64,000 bases of DNA from Escherichia coli (GTDB lineage Bacteria > Pseudomonadota > Gammaproteobacteria > Enterobacterales > Enterobacteriaceae): assembly GCF_024298765.1 (NCBI RefSeq), contig NZ_CP101210.1; one strand, 5' to 3'. Positions 11,463 to 23,241 of this stretch are shown piece by piece. Numbering within the stretch: the stretch's first letter is position 1; every line of letters begins with the position of its first letter. Position numbers and translations under genes: made by a program. The notes below the pieces were generated by a model. That model did not search any database and was not told the DNA's origin. It saw only the letters and a list, made by a program, of their open reading frames with translations.

Positions 11463-12287
11463 ATGATTTTGACTCCCATACGACGATATGGGGCGATGAT
11501 TCTTATGTTACTCACTCTGGTGTTTTCGAGTGAGGTGTTAGCGAAGACGCACACAACAACAGCGAGTCAAAAGTCCCACTTAACTAAAGCTAGTAATAAA
11601 CAGGTAAGCAGTAAACAAGAGTATTCTCGCAATAGTGCAAAGAGTAGTTCACTTCCTGATTTGCGAAAATACCCTTCCGGAACACCAAGGAAAAAGGCGT
11701 TTCTCCGGACCGTAATGCCTTACATTACCAGCCAAAATGCAGCCATTACTGCGGAACGTAACTGGCTGATTTCAAAACAGTATCAGGGCCAATGGTCACC
11801 TGCTGAGCGTGCGCGTCTGAAAGACATCGCCAAACGCTACAAGGTGAAATGGTCTGGTAATACGCGAAAAATCCCGTGGAATACCTTGCTCGAACGCGTA
11901 GACATTATCCCCACCAGTATGGTGGCGACGATGGCTGCAGCAGAAAGCGGTTGGGGAACGTCGAAGCTGGCGCGCAACAACAACAATCTGTTCGGCATGA
12001 AATGCATGAAAGGACGTTGTACTAATGCGCCGGGTAAAGTGAAGGGGTACTCACAGTTTAGTTCTGTCAAAGAATCGGTGAGCGCCTATGTTACTAACCT
12101 GAATACGCATCCGGCTTACTCTTCGTTCCGTAAATCGCGTGCACAGCTGCGTAAAGCGGATCAGGAAGTGACTGCCACAGCGATGATTCACAAGTTGAAG
12201 GGCTACTCGACCAAAGGGAAGAGTTATAACAACTACCTGTTCGCAATGTACCAGGATAACCAACGGTTAATCGCGGCACATATGTAA
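11463..12287 (+). CDS. bax: Bax protein, putative glucosaminidase
   Basis: 274-aa ORF with signal peptide and C-terminal glucosaminidase-like domain. Confidence 0.85.
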   Translation: MILTPIRRYGAMILMLLTLVFSSEVLAKTHTTTASQKSHLTKASNKQVSSKQEYSRNSAKSSSLPDLRKYPSGTPRKKAFLRTVMPYITSQNAAITAERNWLISKQYQGQWSPAERARLKDIAKRYKVKWSGNTRKIPWNTLLERVDIIPTSMVATMAAAESGWGTSKLARNNNNLFGMKCMKGRCTNAPGKVKGYSQFSSVKESVSAYVTNLNTHPAYSSFRKSRAQLRKADQEVTATAMIHKLKGYSTKGKSYNNYLFAMYQDNQRLIAAHM

Positions 12288-12300
12288 TTGCATTTCCTCG

Positions 12301-12338
12301 AGCCTTATCCGACTTGTCAGTCGGATAAGGCTTTTGCT
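12301..12338 (+). terminator. Rho-independent terminator after bax
   Basis: Perfect hairpin gccttatccgact-tgtc-agtcggataaggc followed by TTTTG. Confidence 0.65.
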
Positions 12339-12394
12339 CGCATCAGGTGGTTGTGCTGAGTTACCTGATGCGACGCCGACAATTCTCATCATCG

Positions 12395-13573
12395 CTACAA
12401 CATGACCTCGCTATTTACATCGCGATACTCTTTTGGCGTCGTGTCATATGCTTTTTTAAAAACAGAGTAGAAATATTGCAGCGATGGATAACCGCACATT
12501 TGCGATATCTCATTGATCGACAAGGTGGTTGAAATCAGCAGACTGCGCGCTTTCTCCAGCTTCTCGGCATGAATCATGGCATGGATGGTTTCACCCACCT
12601 CTTCTTTAAAACGCTTCTCAAGATTGGAGCGTGATATGCCCACCGCATCGAGTACCTGATCCACTTTAATCCCTTTACAGGCGTGATTACGAATGTAATG
12701 CATGGCCTGAATAACGGCGGGATCGGTCAGCGAGCGGTAATCTGTTGAGCGCCGTTCAATGACGCGAACTGGTGGGACCAAAATCCGCTGTAGCGGCATT
12801 TCTTCTTTATCTAATAATCGATGCAACAGTTTTGCCGCCTGATAGCCCATTTGCCGCGCGCCCTGAGCGACCGAAGAAAGGGCGACACGCGACAGATAGC
12901 GGGTCAGTTCTTCGTTATCGATGCCAATCACGCATAATTTTTCCGGTACGGGAATATGTAGATGTTCACATACTTGCAGAATATGCCGCGCCCGGGCGTC
13001 AGTAACGGCAATAATCCCGGTTTGCGGTGGCAGCGTTTGTAGCCAGTCTGCCAGCCGATTTTGCGCATGTTGCCAGTTCTCTGGCGCGGTTTCTAACCCC
13101 TGATAAACCACTCCGCGATACTTTTCTTCGGCGACAAGCTGACGAAATGCATATTCGCGTTCAGTGGCCCAACGTTTGCCGCTTGATTCCGGAAGACCAT
13201 AAAAAGCAAAGCGGTTAACGCCTTTCTCTTTTAAATGCAAAAATGCGCTTTCAACCAGCGCATAGTTATCGGTGGCAATGTAATGAACGGGTGGGTAACT
13301 TTCTGCAAGGTGATACGAGCCGCCAACCCCAACAATAGGGACGTGGACATCAGCCAGCGCTTGCTCGATCTGTTTGTCGTCGAAGTCGGCAATGACGCCA
13401 TCTCCCAACCAGTCCTTGATTTTATCAATGCGGGCGCGGAAATCTTCTTCAATGAAAATATCCCATTCCGATTGTGACGCCTGTAAATATTCCCCTACGC
13501 CTTCTACTACCTGCCGGTCATAGGCTTTATTGGCATTGAACAGTAATGTGATGCGGTGACGTTTAGTAAACAT
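12395..13573 (-). CDS. xylR: AraC-family xylose-responsive activator
   Basis: 392-aa ORF: periplasmic-binding-like sensor domain plus C-terminal AraC HTH. Confidence 0.93.
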   Translation of the reverse strand: MFTKRHRITLLFNANKAYDRQVVEGVGEYLQASQSEWDIFIEEDFRARIDKIKDWLGDGVIADFDDKQIEQALADVHVPIVGVGGSYHLAESYPPVHYIATDNYALVESAFLHLKEKGVNRFAFYGLPESSGKRWATEREYAFRQLVAEEKYRGVVYQGLETAPENWQHAQNRLADWLQTLPPQTGIIAVTDARARHILQVCEHLHIPVPEKLCVIGIDNEELTRYLSRVALSSVAQGARQMGYQAAKLLHRLLDKEEMPLQRILVPPVRVIERRSTDYRSLTDPAVIQAMHYIRNHACKGIKVDQVLDAVGISRSNLEKRFKEEVGETIHAMIHAEKLEKARSLLISTTLSINEISQMCGYPSLQYFYSVFKKAYDTTPKEYRDVNSEVML

Positions 13574-13595
13574 GGTTCTTTTCCTGCTGAATCAT

Positions 13596-13640
13596 GCAAA
13601 AACTCAAAACCGGTAATACGTTACCGGCTTTGAGAAAATT
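13596..13640 (-). terminator. Hairpin terminator after xylH (between xylH and xylR)
   Basis: On minus strand aaagccggtaacgtattaccggttt followed by a T-run. Confidence 0.5.
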
Positions 13641-13650
13641 TTTATCAAAA

Positions 13651-14832
13651 TCAAGAACGGCGTTTGGTTGCGGAGTCCATCCATACTGCCAGCAACAGAA
13701 TCGCACCTTTAACGATATACTGCCAGAAGGTCGGTACATCCATCATACTCATGCCGTTATCCAGTGAAGCCATGATGAATGCCCCCATTACCGCTCCGGC
13801 AACGCTTCCCACACCGCCAGCCAGACTGGTGCCGCCAATCACGCATGCGGCAATTGCGTCCAGTTCGGCGATATTTCCCGCAGAAGGTGAACCAGCGCCA
13901 AGTCGAGAACTGAGGATTAATCCGGCGATAGCGACCATTAATCCGTTAATAGCGAATACGGCAAGTTTGGTGCGTTCAACGTTAATCCCGGAGAGACGTG
14001 CTGCTTCCAGATTGCCGCCGATGGCATAAATGCGTCGTCCAAATGCCGTCCGCGTTGCCATAAACATTCCGCCGAGTAACAGCAACGTCAGCAGCAGAAC
14101 GGGAGTGGGAACGCCACGGTAATCGTTCAACAGCCAGATTGCGCCTAAGACGATAATCGCCGTTAATGACTGGCGACCGACAACTGCGGTAGAGGCCGGA
14201 GACTGCAAACCCAAAGCCTGACGGCGCATTCTTCCGCGCCATTGCCAGCCAACAAAAGCCATTAAGCCAAGCGCGCCAATGATGAAGCCGGTGCTGGCGG
14301 GTAGATAGCTTTGCCCAATTTGTGACATCGCGGCGCTGGTGGGGGATACAGTCGTGCCGTTGGTGATGCCAATGAGTATGCCGCGAAATGCCAACATGCC
14401 CGCGAGGGTGACAATAAATGAAGGGACTTTGCGGTACGCTACCCACCATCCGTTCCAGGCACCGAGAAGCAGTCCCAGAACCAAAGTCACAATGATGGTC
14501 AGTGGCAAAGGCCAGCCTAGCCAGACGTCACAAATCGCCGCGACGCCACCTAATAGCCCCATCATTGAGCCGACGGAAAGGTCGATTTCAGCAGAAATTA
14601 TGACGAACACCATTCCTACTGCGAGGATGCCGGTAATCGCGGTCTGGCGTAACAGGTTGGAGACGTTACGGGCGCTTAAGTAGGCACCATCGGTGGTCCA
14701 GGTAAAGAACAGCATGATTGCGATGATAGCTGCAATCATCACGAAGACCTGCAAATTCAGTGACTTCAGCCCGGAAAAGCCACCGGATGTCGGTACGGCC
14801 AATTTCACTTCAGACGGATTGCTTTTCGACAT
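13651..14832 (-). CDS. xylH: Xylose ABC transporter permease
   Basis: 393-aa hydrophobic ORF; start overlaps xylG end by 23 nt. Confidence 0.93.
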   Translation of the reverse strand: MSKSNPSEVKLAVPTSGGFSGLKSLNLQVFVMIAAIIAIMLFFTWTTDGAYLSARNVSNLLRQTAITGILAVGMVFVIISAEIDLSVGSMMGLLGGVAAICDVWLGWPLPLTIIVTLVLGLLLGAWNGWWVAYRKVPSFIVTLAGMLAFRGILIGITNGTTVSPTSAAMSQIGQSYLPASTGFIIGALGLMAFVGWQWRGRMRRQALGLQSPASTAVVGRQSLTAIIVLGAIWLLNDYRGVPTPVLLLTLLLLGGMFMATRTAFGRRIYAIGGNLEAARLSGINVERTKLAVFAINGLMVAIAGLILSSRLGAGSPSAGNIAELDAIAACVIGGTSLAGGVGSVAGAVMGAFIMASLDNGMSMMDVPTFWQYIVKGAILLLAVWMDSATKRRS

Positions 14833-16351
14833 GATGTTCGCTCCTCAATGCGGCTTCCATCACCTGCTCCTGAGTCAGGTTATGATTTATCAGGTTGGCT
14901 TTTAGTTTCCCTTCATGCATCACCAGTACACGATCGCTAAGGCCGAGCACTTCAGGTAATTCGGAAGAGATGACAATAACGGCAATACCCTGCTGGACGA
15001 GTTGGTTAATTAATTTGTAGATCTCGTATTTCGCGCCAATATCGATACCCCTGGTAGGTTCATCAAGAATGAGAATGCGCGGGTTGAGTAACAGACAGCG
15101 AGCGAGGATCGCTTTTTGTTGATTGCCGCCGCTCAAACATCCAATAGCAAGGTCGGGGGACGACGTTTTAACTTTGAGTTGCTGGATTGATTCCAGAATA
15201 CATTTTTGCTCTGCCGCGTCATCAAGCTGGCTAATACCGCCGGTAAATTTATTGAGTGCGGCGAGGGTAATATTTTTACCAACCGCCATTACCGGAACGA
15301 TGCCGTCGCGCTTTCTGTCTTCGGGGACCATCGCAATCCCCTGGGCGATGGCTTGCTGACAGTTACGAATATCTACCTGTTTGCCGTCAATATAAATTTT
15401 TCCTTCCCATTGTCCGGGCCACACACCAAACAGGCACTGAATGGTCTCGGTACGTCCGGCACCAACGAGTCCGGCAATACCCAGTATTTCGCCACGTTTC
15501 AGGGAAAACGAGACATCATTAACTCGTTTAATATGACGATTAACCGGATGCCATGCCGTCAGATGTTCAATACGTAATATTTCATCTCCGGTGGTATGTG
15601 GTTCATTTGGGTAAAGCGCGGTTAACTCTCGCCCGACCATCATGGTGATAATATCGTCTTCACTCATTCCGGCAGCATCACGCGTACCAATGTGCTGACC
15701 GTCGCGAATAACGCAAATCGTATCGGAAATCGCTTTGACTTCGTTGAGTTTATGCGAAATATAAATACAGGCGATACCGTGCTGTTGCAGATCGCGAATA
15801 ATATCCAGTAAAACCGACGTTTCCTGCTCAGTTAATGAGGCTGTCGGTTCATCGAGAATTAACAAACGCACCTGTTTATTAAGTGCCTTGGCAATTTCAA
15901 CCAGTTGTTGTTGCCCAAGCCCTAAATCGCCAACGCGGGTATCGGGTGAAATGGATAAACTGACCTGTGCGAGCAGCTTCTGACAGCGTAGCGTCATCAG
16001 GTCATAATCCATAATGCCATTGTGGGTTATTTCGTTACCCAGGAAGATATTTTCCAGCACGGTCAATTCTTTCACCAGGGCCAATTCCTGGTGAATGATG
16101 GCGATACCTTTGCGTTCGGTATCGCGGATGTGACTCGCCTGAATCTCTTCTCCCGCAAAAATAATTTCGCCTTCGTAGGAGCCATGGGGATAAATACCAC
16201 ACAGCACTTTCATCAGCGTTGATTTACCAGACCCATTTTCCCCACAGAGTGAGACGATTTCGCCAGCATTCAACCGCAAGCTGACGTTATCAATCGCCTT
16301 CACACTGCCGAAGGTTTTGGTAATGTTCTTCATTTCAAGTAGATAAGGCAT
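14810..16351 (-). CDS. xylG: Xylose ABC transporter ATP-binding protein (tandem ABC domains)
   Basis: 513-aa ORF with two Walker A motifs ([17 protein letters not shown]). Confidence 0.93.
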   Translation of the reverse strand: MPYLLEMKNITKTFGSVKAIDNVSLRLNAGEIVSLCGENGSGKSTLMKVLCGIYPHGSYEGEIIFAGEEIQASHIRDTERKGIAIIHQELALVKELTVLENIFLGNEITHNGIMDYDLMTLRCQKLLAQVSLSISPDTRVGDLGLGQQQLVEIAKALNKQVRLLILDEPTASLTEQETSVLLDIIRDLQQHGIACIYISHKLNEVKAISDTICVIRDGQHIGTRDAAGMSEDDIITMMVGRELTALYPNEPHTTGDEILRIEHLTAWHPVNRHIKRVNDVSFSLKRGEILGIAGLVGAGRTETIQCLFGVWPGQWEGKIYIDGKQVDIRNCQQAIAQGIAMVPEDRKRDGIVPVMAVGKNITLAALNKFTGGISQLDDAAEQKCILESIQQLKVKTSSPDLAIGCLSGGNQQKAILARCLLLNPRILILDEPTRGIDIGAKYEIYKLINQLVQQGIAVIVISSELPEVLGLSDRVLVMHEGKLKANLINHNLTQEQVMEAALRSEHHVEKQSV

Positions 16352-16428
16352 AACGACTCCACCTAAGCCAATTCATTCACGCGGCATGGAGAGAAATCAC
16401 GCCCCCGCTCTGCGCCGGGGCGTAACGC

Positions 16429-17421
16429 TTACAGCTCGCTCTCTTTGTGGAATCCGTCTTTAACTACCGTGTCTTTGATGTTGTTTTTATTCACATCGAT
16501 CGGTGTCAGCAGGCGGGAGGGAACATCTTTCAGGCCATTATTCAGTGTGGTATCTGCTTTTGGTTCCTGACCATTGCCCAACTCAACGGCAATTTCTGCG
16601 GCAGTATTTGCCAACAACGTAATAGGTTTATACACCGTCATAGTTTGCGTACCGGCAGCAATACGTTTAATACCTGCGAGATCCGCATCCTGGCCGGAAA
16701 TTGCTACTTTCCCTGATAAACCTTGCGCGCTTAATGCCTGAATTGCCCCACCTGCGGTGGCATCGTTTGAGGCAACTACAGCATCAATTTTGTTATTATT
16801 GGCGGTTAGCGCGTTTTCCATAATTTTCAATGCGTTTTCCGGTAACCAGCCATCAACCCATTGGTCACCAACGACTTTAATTTTTCCAGAATCAACGTAA
16901 GGTTTTAACACTTTCATTTGTCCGGCGCGGAACAGCTTAGCGTTGTTATCTACCGGCGAGCCGCCCATCAGGAAGTAATTACCTTGCGGAACAATATCGA
17001 CCAGGGCTTTTGCCTGCAGTTCACCGACTTTTTCGTTATCGAAAGAAATATAAAAATCGATATCCGCATCGTTAATCATACGGTCGTAAGCTAATACTTT
17101 AATACCTTCTTGTTTGGCTTCTTTTACAACGTTACTTAATACCTGACCGTTATAAGGAATAATGACAAGAACATCGACACCCCGGTTAATCATGTTTTCA
17201 ATCTGCGACATTTGTGTTTCTTCATTGCCATTTGCAGACTGTACAAATACTTTCGCGCCGAGAGATTCTGCTTTTTTCACAAAAATATCTCGATCTTTTT
17301 GCCAGCGTTCAAGACGGAGATCATCAATCGCCATACCTATTTTGACTTCTTTGGCGTGTGCCGCAACGTTGGTAAGCAGAAGTGAGGTGCAAAGGGTGAG
17401 TAGAATGTTCTTTATTTTCAT
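16429..17421 (-). CDS. xylF: D-xylose ABC transporter periplasmic binding protein
   Basis: ORF trimmed to MKIKNILLTL start (330 aa) with signal peptide. Confidence 0.92.
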   Translation of the reverse strand: MKIKNILLTLCTSLLLTNVAAHAKEVKIGMAIDDLRLERWQKDRDIFVKKAESLGAKVFVQSANGNEETQMSQIENMINRGVDVLVIIPYNGQVLSNVVKEAKQEGIKVLAYDRMINDADIDFYISFDNEKVGELQAKALVDIVPQGNYFLMGGSPVDNNAKLFRAGQMKVLKPYVDSGKIKVVGDQWVDGWLPENALKIMENALTANNNKIDAVVASNDATAGGAIQALSAQGLSGKVAISGQDADLAGIKRIAAGTQTMTVYKPITLLANTAAEIAVELGNGQEPKADTTLNNGLKDVPSRLLTPIDVNKNNIKDTVVKDGFHKESEL

Positions 17422-17499
17422 GGTGTAGGGCCTTCTGTAGTTAGAGGACAGCTTTAATAAGTAACAATCACCGCGATAAACGTAACCAATTTTTAGCAA

Positions 17500-17786
17500 C
17501 TAAACAGGGGAAAACAATTACAGATTTTTATCTTTCGATTACGATTTTTGGTTTATTTCTTGATTTATGACAGAGATCTTACTTTTGTTGCGCAATTGTA
17601 CTTATTGCATTTTTCTCTTCGAGGAATTACCCAGTTTCATCATTCCATTTTATTTTGCGAGCGAGCGCACACTTGTGAATTATCTCAATAGCAGTGTGAA
17701 ATAACATAATTGAGCAACTGAAAGGGAGTGCCCAATATTACGACATCATCCATCACCCGCGGCATTACCTGATTATGGAGTTCAAT
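17500..17786. promoter_or_regulatory. Divergent xylF / xylA control region (XylR and CRP sites expected)
   Basis: 287-bp AT-rich spacer with TGTGA half-sites (ttgtgaattatc, cagtgtgaaat) between divergent operons. Confidence 0.5.
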
Positions 17787-19109
17787 ATGCAAGCCTATTT
17801 TGACCAGCTCGATCGCGTTCGTTATGAAGGCTCAAAATCCTCTAACCCGTTAGCATTCCATCACTATAATCCCGACGAACTGGTGTTGGGCAAGCGTATG
17901 GAAGAGCACTTGCGTTTTGCCGCCTGCTACTGGCACACCTTCTGCTGGAACGGGGCGGACATGTTTGGTGTGGGGGCGTTTAATCGTCCGTGGCAGCAGC
18001 CTGGTGAGGCACTGGCGTTGGCGAAGCGTAAAGCAGATGTCGCATTTGAGTTTTTCCACAAGTTACATGTGCCATTTTATTGCTTCCACGATGTAGATGT
18101 TTCCCCTGAGGGCGCGTCGTTAAAAGAGTACATCAATAATTTTGCGCAAATGGTTGATGTCCTGGCAGGCAAGCAAGAAGAGAGCGGCGTGAAGCTGCTG
18201 TGGGGAACTGCTAACTGCTTTACAAACCCTCGCTATGGCGCGGGTGCGGCGACGAACCCAGATCCTGAAGTCTTCAGTTGGGCGGCAACGCAAGTTGTTA
18301 CAGCGATGGAAGCAACCCATAAATTGGGCGGTGAAAACTATGTCCTGTGGGGCGGTCGTGAAGGTTACGAAACGCTGTTAAATACCGACTTGCGTCAGGA
18401 GCGTGAACAACTGGGCCGCTTTATGCAAATGGTGGTTGAGCATAAACATAAAATCGGTTTCCAGGGCACGTTGCTTATCGAACCGAAACCGCAAGAACCG
18501 ACCAAACATCAATATGATTACGATGCTGCGACGGTCTATGGCTTCCTGAAACAGTTTGGTCTGGAAAAAGAGATTAAACTGAATATTGAAGCTAACCACG
18601 CGACGCTGGCAGGTCACTCTTTCCATCATGAAATAGCCACCGCCATTGCGCTTGGCCTGTTCGGTTCTGTCGACGCCAACCGTGGCGATGCACAACTGGG
18701 CTGGGACACCGACCAGTTCCCGAACAGTGTGGAAGAGAATGCGCTGGTGATGTATGAAATTCTCAAAGCAGGCGGTTTCACCACTGGCGGTCTGAACTTC
18801 GATGCCAAAGTACGTCGTCAAAGTACTGATAAATATGATCTGTTTTACGGTCATATCGGCGCGATGGATACGATGGCGTTGGCGCTGAAAATTGCAGCAC
18901 GCATGATTGAAGATGGCGAGCTGGATAAACGCATCGCGCAGCGTTATTCCGGCTGGAATAGCGAATTAGGCCAGCAAATCCTGAACGGCCAAATGTCACT
19001 GGCAGATTTAGCCAAATATGCTCAGGAACACAATTTGTCTCCGGTGCATCAGAGTGGTCGCCAGGAGCAACTGGAAAATCTGGTAAATCATTATCTGTTC
19101 GACAAATAA
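17787..19109 (+). CDS. xylA: Xylose isomerase
   Basis: ORF trimmed to MQAYFDQL start (440 aa); conserved xylose isomerase motifs. Confidence 0.95.
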   Translation: MQAYFDQLDRVRYEGSKSSNPLAFHHYNPDELVLGKRMEEHLRFAACYWHTFCWNGADMFGVGAFNRPWQQPGEALALAKRKADVAFEFFHKLHVPFYCFHDVDVSPEGASLKEYINNFAQMVDVLAGKQEESGVKLLWGTANCFTNPRYGAGAATNPDPEVFSWAATQVVTAMEATHKLGGENYVLWGGREGYETLLNTDLRQEREQLGRFMQMVVEHKHKIGFQGTLLIEPKPQEPTKHQYDYDAATVYGFLKQFGLEKEIKLNIEANHATLAGHSFHHEIATAIALGLFGSVDANRGDAQLGWDTDQFPNSVEENALVMYEILKAGGFTTGGLNFDAKVRRQSTDKYDLFYGHIGAMDTMALALKIAARMIEDGELDKRIAQRYSGWNSELGQQILNGQMSLADLAKYAQEHNLSPVHQSGRQEQLENLVNHYLFDK

Positions 19110-19129
19110 CGGCTAACTGTGCAGTCCGT

Positions 19130-19167
19130 TGGCCCGGTTATCGGTAGCGATACCGGGCATTTTTTTA
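19130..19167 (+). terminator. Hairpin plus T-run between xylA and xylB
   Basis: cccggttatcggtagcgataccggg followed by cattttttt. Confidence 0.45.
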
Positions 19168-19180
19168 AGGAACGATCGAT

Positions 19181-20635
19181 ATGTATATCGGGATAGATCT
19201 TGGCACCTCGGGCGTAAAAGTTATTTTGCTCAACGAGCAGGGTGAGGTGGTTGCTTCGCAAACGGAAAAGCTGACCGTTTCGCGCCCGCATCCACTCTGG
19301 TCGGAACAAGACCCGGAACAGTGGTGGCAGGCAACTGACCGCGCAATGAAAGCTCTGGGCGATCAGCATTCTCTGCAGGACGTTAAAGCATTGGGTATTG
19401 CCGGCCAGATGCACGGTGCAACCTTACTGGATGCCCAGCAACGGGTATTACGCCCTGCCATTTTGTGGAACGACGGGCGCTGTGCGCAAGAGTGCACTTT
19501 GCTGGAAGCGCGAGTTCCGCAATCGCGGGTGATTACCGGCAACCTGATGATGCCCGGATTTACTGCGCCTAAATTGCTATGGGTTCAGCGGCATGAGCCG
19601 GAGATATTCCGTCAAATCGATAAAGTATTATTACCGAAAGATTACTTGCGTCTGCGTATGACGGGGGAGTTTGCCAGCGATATGTCTGACGCAGCTGGCA
19701 CTATGTGGCTGGATGTCGCAAAGCGTGACTGGAGCGATCTCATGCTGCAGGCTTGCCACTTATCTCGTGACCAGATGCCCGCATTATACGAAGGCAGCGA
19801 AATTACTGGTGCTTTGTTACCTGAAGTTGCGAAAGCGTGGGGTATGGCGGCGGTGCCAGTTATCGCAGGCGGTGGCGACAATGCAGCTGGTGCGGTTGGT
19901 GTGGGAATGGTTGATGCTAATCAGGCAATGTTATCGCTGGGGACGTCGGGGGTCTATTTTGCTGTCAGCGAAGGGGTCTTAAGCAAGCCAGAAAGCGCCG
20001 TACATAGCTTTTGCCATGCGTTACCGCAACGTTGGCATTTAATGTCTGTAATGCTGAGTGCGGCTTCGTGTCTGGATTGGGCCGCGAAATTAACCGGCCT
20101 GAGCAATGTCCCTGCTTTAATCACTGCAGCTCGACAGGCTGATGAAAGTGCCGAGCCAGTTTGGTTTCTGCCTTATCTTTCCGGCGAGCGTACACCACAC
20201 AATAATCCCCAGGCGAAAGGGGTTTTCTTTGGTTTGACTCATCAACATGGCCCCAATGAACTGGCGCGAGCAGTGCTGGAAGGCGTGGGTTATGCGCTGG
20301 CAGATGGCATGGATGTCGTGCATGCCTGCGGCATTAAACCGCAAAGTGTTACGTTGATTGGTGGCGGGGCGCGTAGTGAGTACTGGCGTCAAATGCTGGC
20401 GGACATCAGCGGTCAGCAACTGGATTACCGCACGGGTGGCGATGTGGGGCCAGCACTGGGCGCAGCAAGGCTGGCGCAGATTGCGGCGAATCCAGAGAAA
20501 TCGCTCATTGAGTTGTTGCCGCAACTACCATTAGAACAGTCGCATCTACCAGATGCGCAGCGTTATGCCGCTTATCAGCCACGACGAGAAACGTTCCGTC
20601 GCCTCTATCAGCAACTTCTGCCATTAATGGCGTAA
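19181..20635 (+). CDS. xylB: Xylulokinase
   Basis: 484-aa FGGY kinase (MYIGIDLGTSGVK). Confidence 0.95.
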   Translation: MYIGIDLGTSGVKVILLNEQGEVVASQTEKLTVSRPHPLWSEQDPEQWWQATDRAMKALGDQHSLQDVKALGIAGQMHGATLLDAQQRVLRPAILWNDGRCAQECTLLEARVPQSRVITGNLMMPGFTAPKLLWVQRHEPEIFRQIDKVLLPKDYLRLRMTGEFASDMSDAAGTMWLDVAKRDWSDLMLQACHLSRDQMPALYEGSEITGALLPEVAKAWGMAAVPVIAGGGDNAAGAVGVGMVDANQAMLSLGTSGVYFAVSEGVLSKPESAVHSFCHALPQRWHLMSVMLSAASCLDWAAKLTGLSNVPALITAARQADESAEPVWFLPYLSGERTPHNNPQAKGVFFGLTHQHGPNELARAVLEGVGYALADGMDVVHACGIKPQSVTLIGGGARSEYWRQMLADISGQQLDYRTGGDVGPALGAARLAQIAANPEKSLIELLPQLPLEQSHLPDAQRYAAYQPRRETFRRLYQQLLPLMA

Positions 20636-20761
20636 ACGTTATCCCCTGCCTGACCGGGTGGGGGATAATTCACATCTATATATCTCAGTAATTAATTAAT
20701 ATTTAGTATGAATTTATTCTGAAAATCATTTGTTAATGGCATTTTTCAGTTTTGTCTTTCG

Positions 20762-21145
20762 TTGGTTACTCGTAATGTATCGCTGGTAGATATGGAGATC
20801 GTTATGAAAACCTCAAAGACTGTGGCAAAACTATTATTTGTTGTCGGGGCGCTGGTTTATCTGGTTGGGCTATGGATCTCATGCCCATTGTTAAGTGGAA
20901 AAGGTTATTTTCTTGGCGTGTTAATGACGGCAACTTTTGGCAACTATGCATATCTTCGCGCAGAAAAACTTGGGCAACTGGATGATTTTTTTATCCACGT
21001 CTGTCAGTTGGTAGCGTTAATCACTATCGGTCTCTTGTTTATCGGTGTTTTAAACGCACCTATCAATGCTTATGAAATGGTGATCTACCCCATCGCCTTT
21101 TTTGTCTGCTTGTTTGGTCAAATGCGTTTGTTTCGCTCGGCATGA
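20762..21145 (+). CDS. yiaA: Inner membrane protein YiaA
   Basis: Hydrophobic ORF paralogous to the downstream yiaB; true start may lie upstream. Confidence 0.75.
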   Translation: MVTRNVSLVDMEIVMKTSKTVAKLLFVVGALVYLVGLWISCPLLSGKGYFLGVLMTATFGNYAYLRAEKLGQLDDFFIHVCQLVALITIGLLFIGVLNAPINAYEMVIYPIAFFVCLFGQMRLFRSA

Positions 21146-21187
21146 GCAACATAAAGTTCTTACACATTCAGGAATGAAAGGAATACT

Positions 21188-21628
21188 GTGATGGACAACA
21201 AAATATCAACCTATTCTCCGGCATTTAGTATTGTTTCATGGGTAGCCCTTATTGGCGGTATTGTTACCTATCTGTTAGGACTATGGAATGCAGAGATGCA
21301 GTTAAATGAAAAAGGGTATTATTTTGCCGTACTGGTATTAGGTTTGTTTTCCGCGGCGTCTTATCAAAAGACCGTTCGGGACAAGTATGAAGGCATACCT
21401 ACCACCCCCATTTATTATATGACTTGCCTGACGGTCTTTATTATCTCTGTTGCGTTGTTGCTGGTAGGTCTATGGAATGCAACGTTATTACTCAGCGAAA
21501 AAGGCTTTTATGGGCTGGCTTTCTTCTTAAGCTTGTTTGGTGCAGTAGCGGTGCAGAAGAATATTCGTGATGCCGGAATAAACCCACCAAAAGAAACACA
21601 GGTTACCCAGGAAGAATACAGCGAATAA
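21188..21628 (+). CDS. yiaB: Inner membrane protein YiaB
   Basis: Hydrophobic ORF beginning [14 protein letters not shown]; exact start uncertain. Confidence 0.75.
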   Translation: MMDNKISTYSPAFSIVSWVALIGGIVTYLLGLWNAEMQLNEKGYYFAVLVLGLFSAASYQKTVRDKYEGIPTTPIYYMTCLTVFIISVALLLVGLWNATLLLSEKGFYGLAFFLSLFGAVAVQKNIRDAGINPPKETQVTQEEYSE

Positions 21629-21638
21629 TTCACATAAG

Positions 21639-21668
21639 CCCGGTTAGTCCAATGTAACCGGGCTTTTA
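21639..21668. terminator. Bidirectional hairpin terminator between yiaB and wecH
   Basis: aagcccggtt...aaccgggctttt hairpin between convergent genes. Confidence 0.55.
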
Positions 21669-22664
21669 CTAACTCACTAATCTGTTTCTGTCGATTCGTT
21701 GTACCAGCATAGAAAGTAACAAACTCGCTGCCAACGTCGCGCAAAAGATCCAAATAATATCGAGTATTGGCCAGTTTTTAAGCTCAATCCCCCGGGTGCG
21801 CAGTGCATGGATAATCAATGCATGGAACCCGTATATACCTAACGAATGGCGGGAGATTAAGCCAAGTCCGCAAATGGTACGCGTATACAGCGTGTTTTTA
21901 ACCAGAGTCAATAACGCGATTGCGCAGATAAAAACCATCGGCCCACAGTAAAGATACCAGGTATCGGCAAAATTTCCGCGCCACTGTAATTCATATAATG
22001 TCCCGCGAGAGATAATAAAAACCCCCGTCGCAAACAGTGCGGCGCTCACCCACGACAGTGCTTTATGCTGTGTGTCCATCATCCCTATAGCGCGGCCCAA
22101 CATGCCATAAAGGATGTAGTAAAAAGTATCGCCATTGATATATAAGTTAATTGGCAGCCATTCAAAACCGTCGATTTTCTGCGGCACAGTATTTGGGTTA
22201 GCGATGATACCAATCACCACCATTAGCACCAGCAACATTTTTCCGCCGACGTTCTTCACCTGAATCAGCGGTGAAACCAGATAAATCACTGCAATCGCGA
22301 AGAAAAACCATAAATGGTAAAACACTGGCTTTTGCAGCAGGTTTTTCAGCGCTAACTCCACATTGATGGAGGTAAACAGCGCAATGTAGAGCAGTGCGAT
22401 TGCGCTATAAAAAAGCAGACATAAGCCGATACGCAAGAAATGGCGCGGCTGGGCGCTGCGTTCGCCAAAAAAGAGATAGCCGGAAATCATGAAAAATAGC
22501 GGCACGCTGACACGAGAGGCAGAATTCAGAACATTGGCGATATCCCAGGTGACGGGGCTAACACTATGAGCATTGGTCACATACCAGGTAGTGGTGTGAA
22601 TCATCACCACCATTAAACACGCTATCCCTCGCAGGTTATCAATCCAGTAAATTTTGGGCTGCAT
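21669..22664 (-). CDS. wecH: Membrane O-acetyltransferase (acyltransferase 3 family)
   Basis: 331-aa polytopic membrane ORF matching WecH/YiaH. Confidence 0.85.
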   Translation of the reverse strand: MQPKIYWIDNLRGIACLMVVMIHTTTWYVTNAHSVSPVTWDIANVLNSASRVSVPLFFMISGYLFFGERSAQPRHFLRIGLCLLFYSAIALLYIALFTSINVELALKNLLQKPVFYHLWFFFAIAVIYLVSPLIQVKNVGGKMLLVLMVVIGIIANPNTVPQKIDGFEWLPINLYINGDTFYYILYGMLGRAIGMMDTQHKALSWVSAALFATGVFIISRGTLYELQWRGNFADTWYLYCGPMVFICAIALLTLVKNTLYTRTICGLGLISRHSLGIYGFHALIIHALRTRGIELKNWPILDIIWIFCATLAASLLLSMLVQRIDRNRLVS

Positions 22665-22838
22665 CTGTGTCTCTGTATCTGGTTAAAAAAAGTCTGACCG
22701 ATAAATCATTCGGTTGGCGCACTGGAATAATCTGAGTTTTATCACTACAGCTTATAGAGGCTTAAGGAAATTCGTAAGATATCAGCCACTATACCGATAT
22801 AAATAATAAGACTCACCTGCAAACCAGACGGTAATTTA

Positions 22839-23147
22839 ATGATGATGAACTCTTTCTTTCCGGCAATGGCGCTTATGGTGCTTATGGCGCTAGTGGGTTG
22901 TTCTACACCGCCACCCGTGCAGAAAGCACAACGGGTAAAGGTTGATCCTCTGCGTTCGTTGAATATGGAAGCGTTATGCAAGGATCAGGCGGCGAAACGT
23001 TATAACACCGGCGAGCAAAAAATCGACGTCACCGCATTTGAACAGTTCCAGGGAAGCTACGAAATGCGCGGTTATACCTTCCGTAAAGAGCAGTTTGTCT
23101 GTTCTTTTGACGCAGATGGCCATTTTTTGCATCTTTCCATGCGTTAA
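22839..23147 (+). CDS. ysaB: Small lipoprotein YsaB
   Basis: 102-aa ORF with lipobox LVGC after the signal sequence. Confidence 0.8.
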   Translation: MMMNSFFPAMALMVLMALVGCSTPPPVQKAQRVKVDPLRSLNMEALCKDQAAKRYNTGEQKIDVTAFEQFQGSYEMRGYTFRKEQFVCSFDADGHFLHLSMR

Positions 23148-23241
23148 GCCCTGCTTTTTCCCGTTTCGTACTGTATATCTTCCATCCAGCGGGTATACTG
23201 ATCCCTTCCTTTAAATCCACACGTATCCAGCACGAAATAAT

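Noticed and set aside
12341-12377. Inverted repeat just downstream of the xylR stop
   Set aside because: REP-like stem-loop with no T-tract on the minus strand; could be a REP or a weak xylR terminator, but the sequence does not distinguish them.
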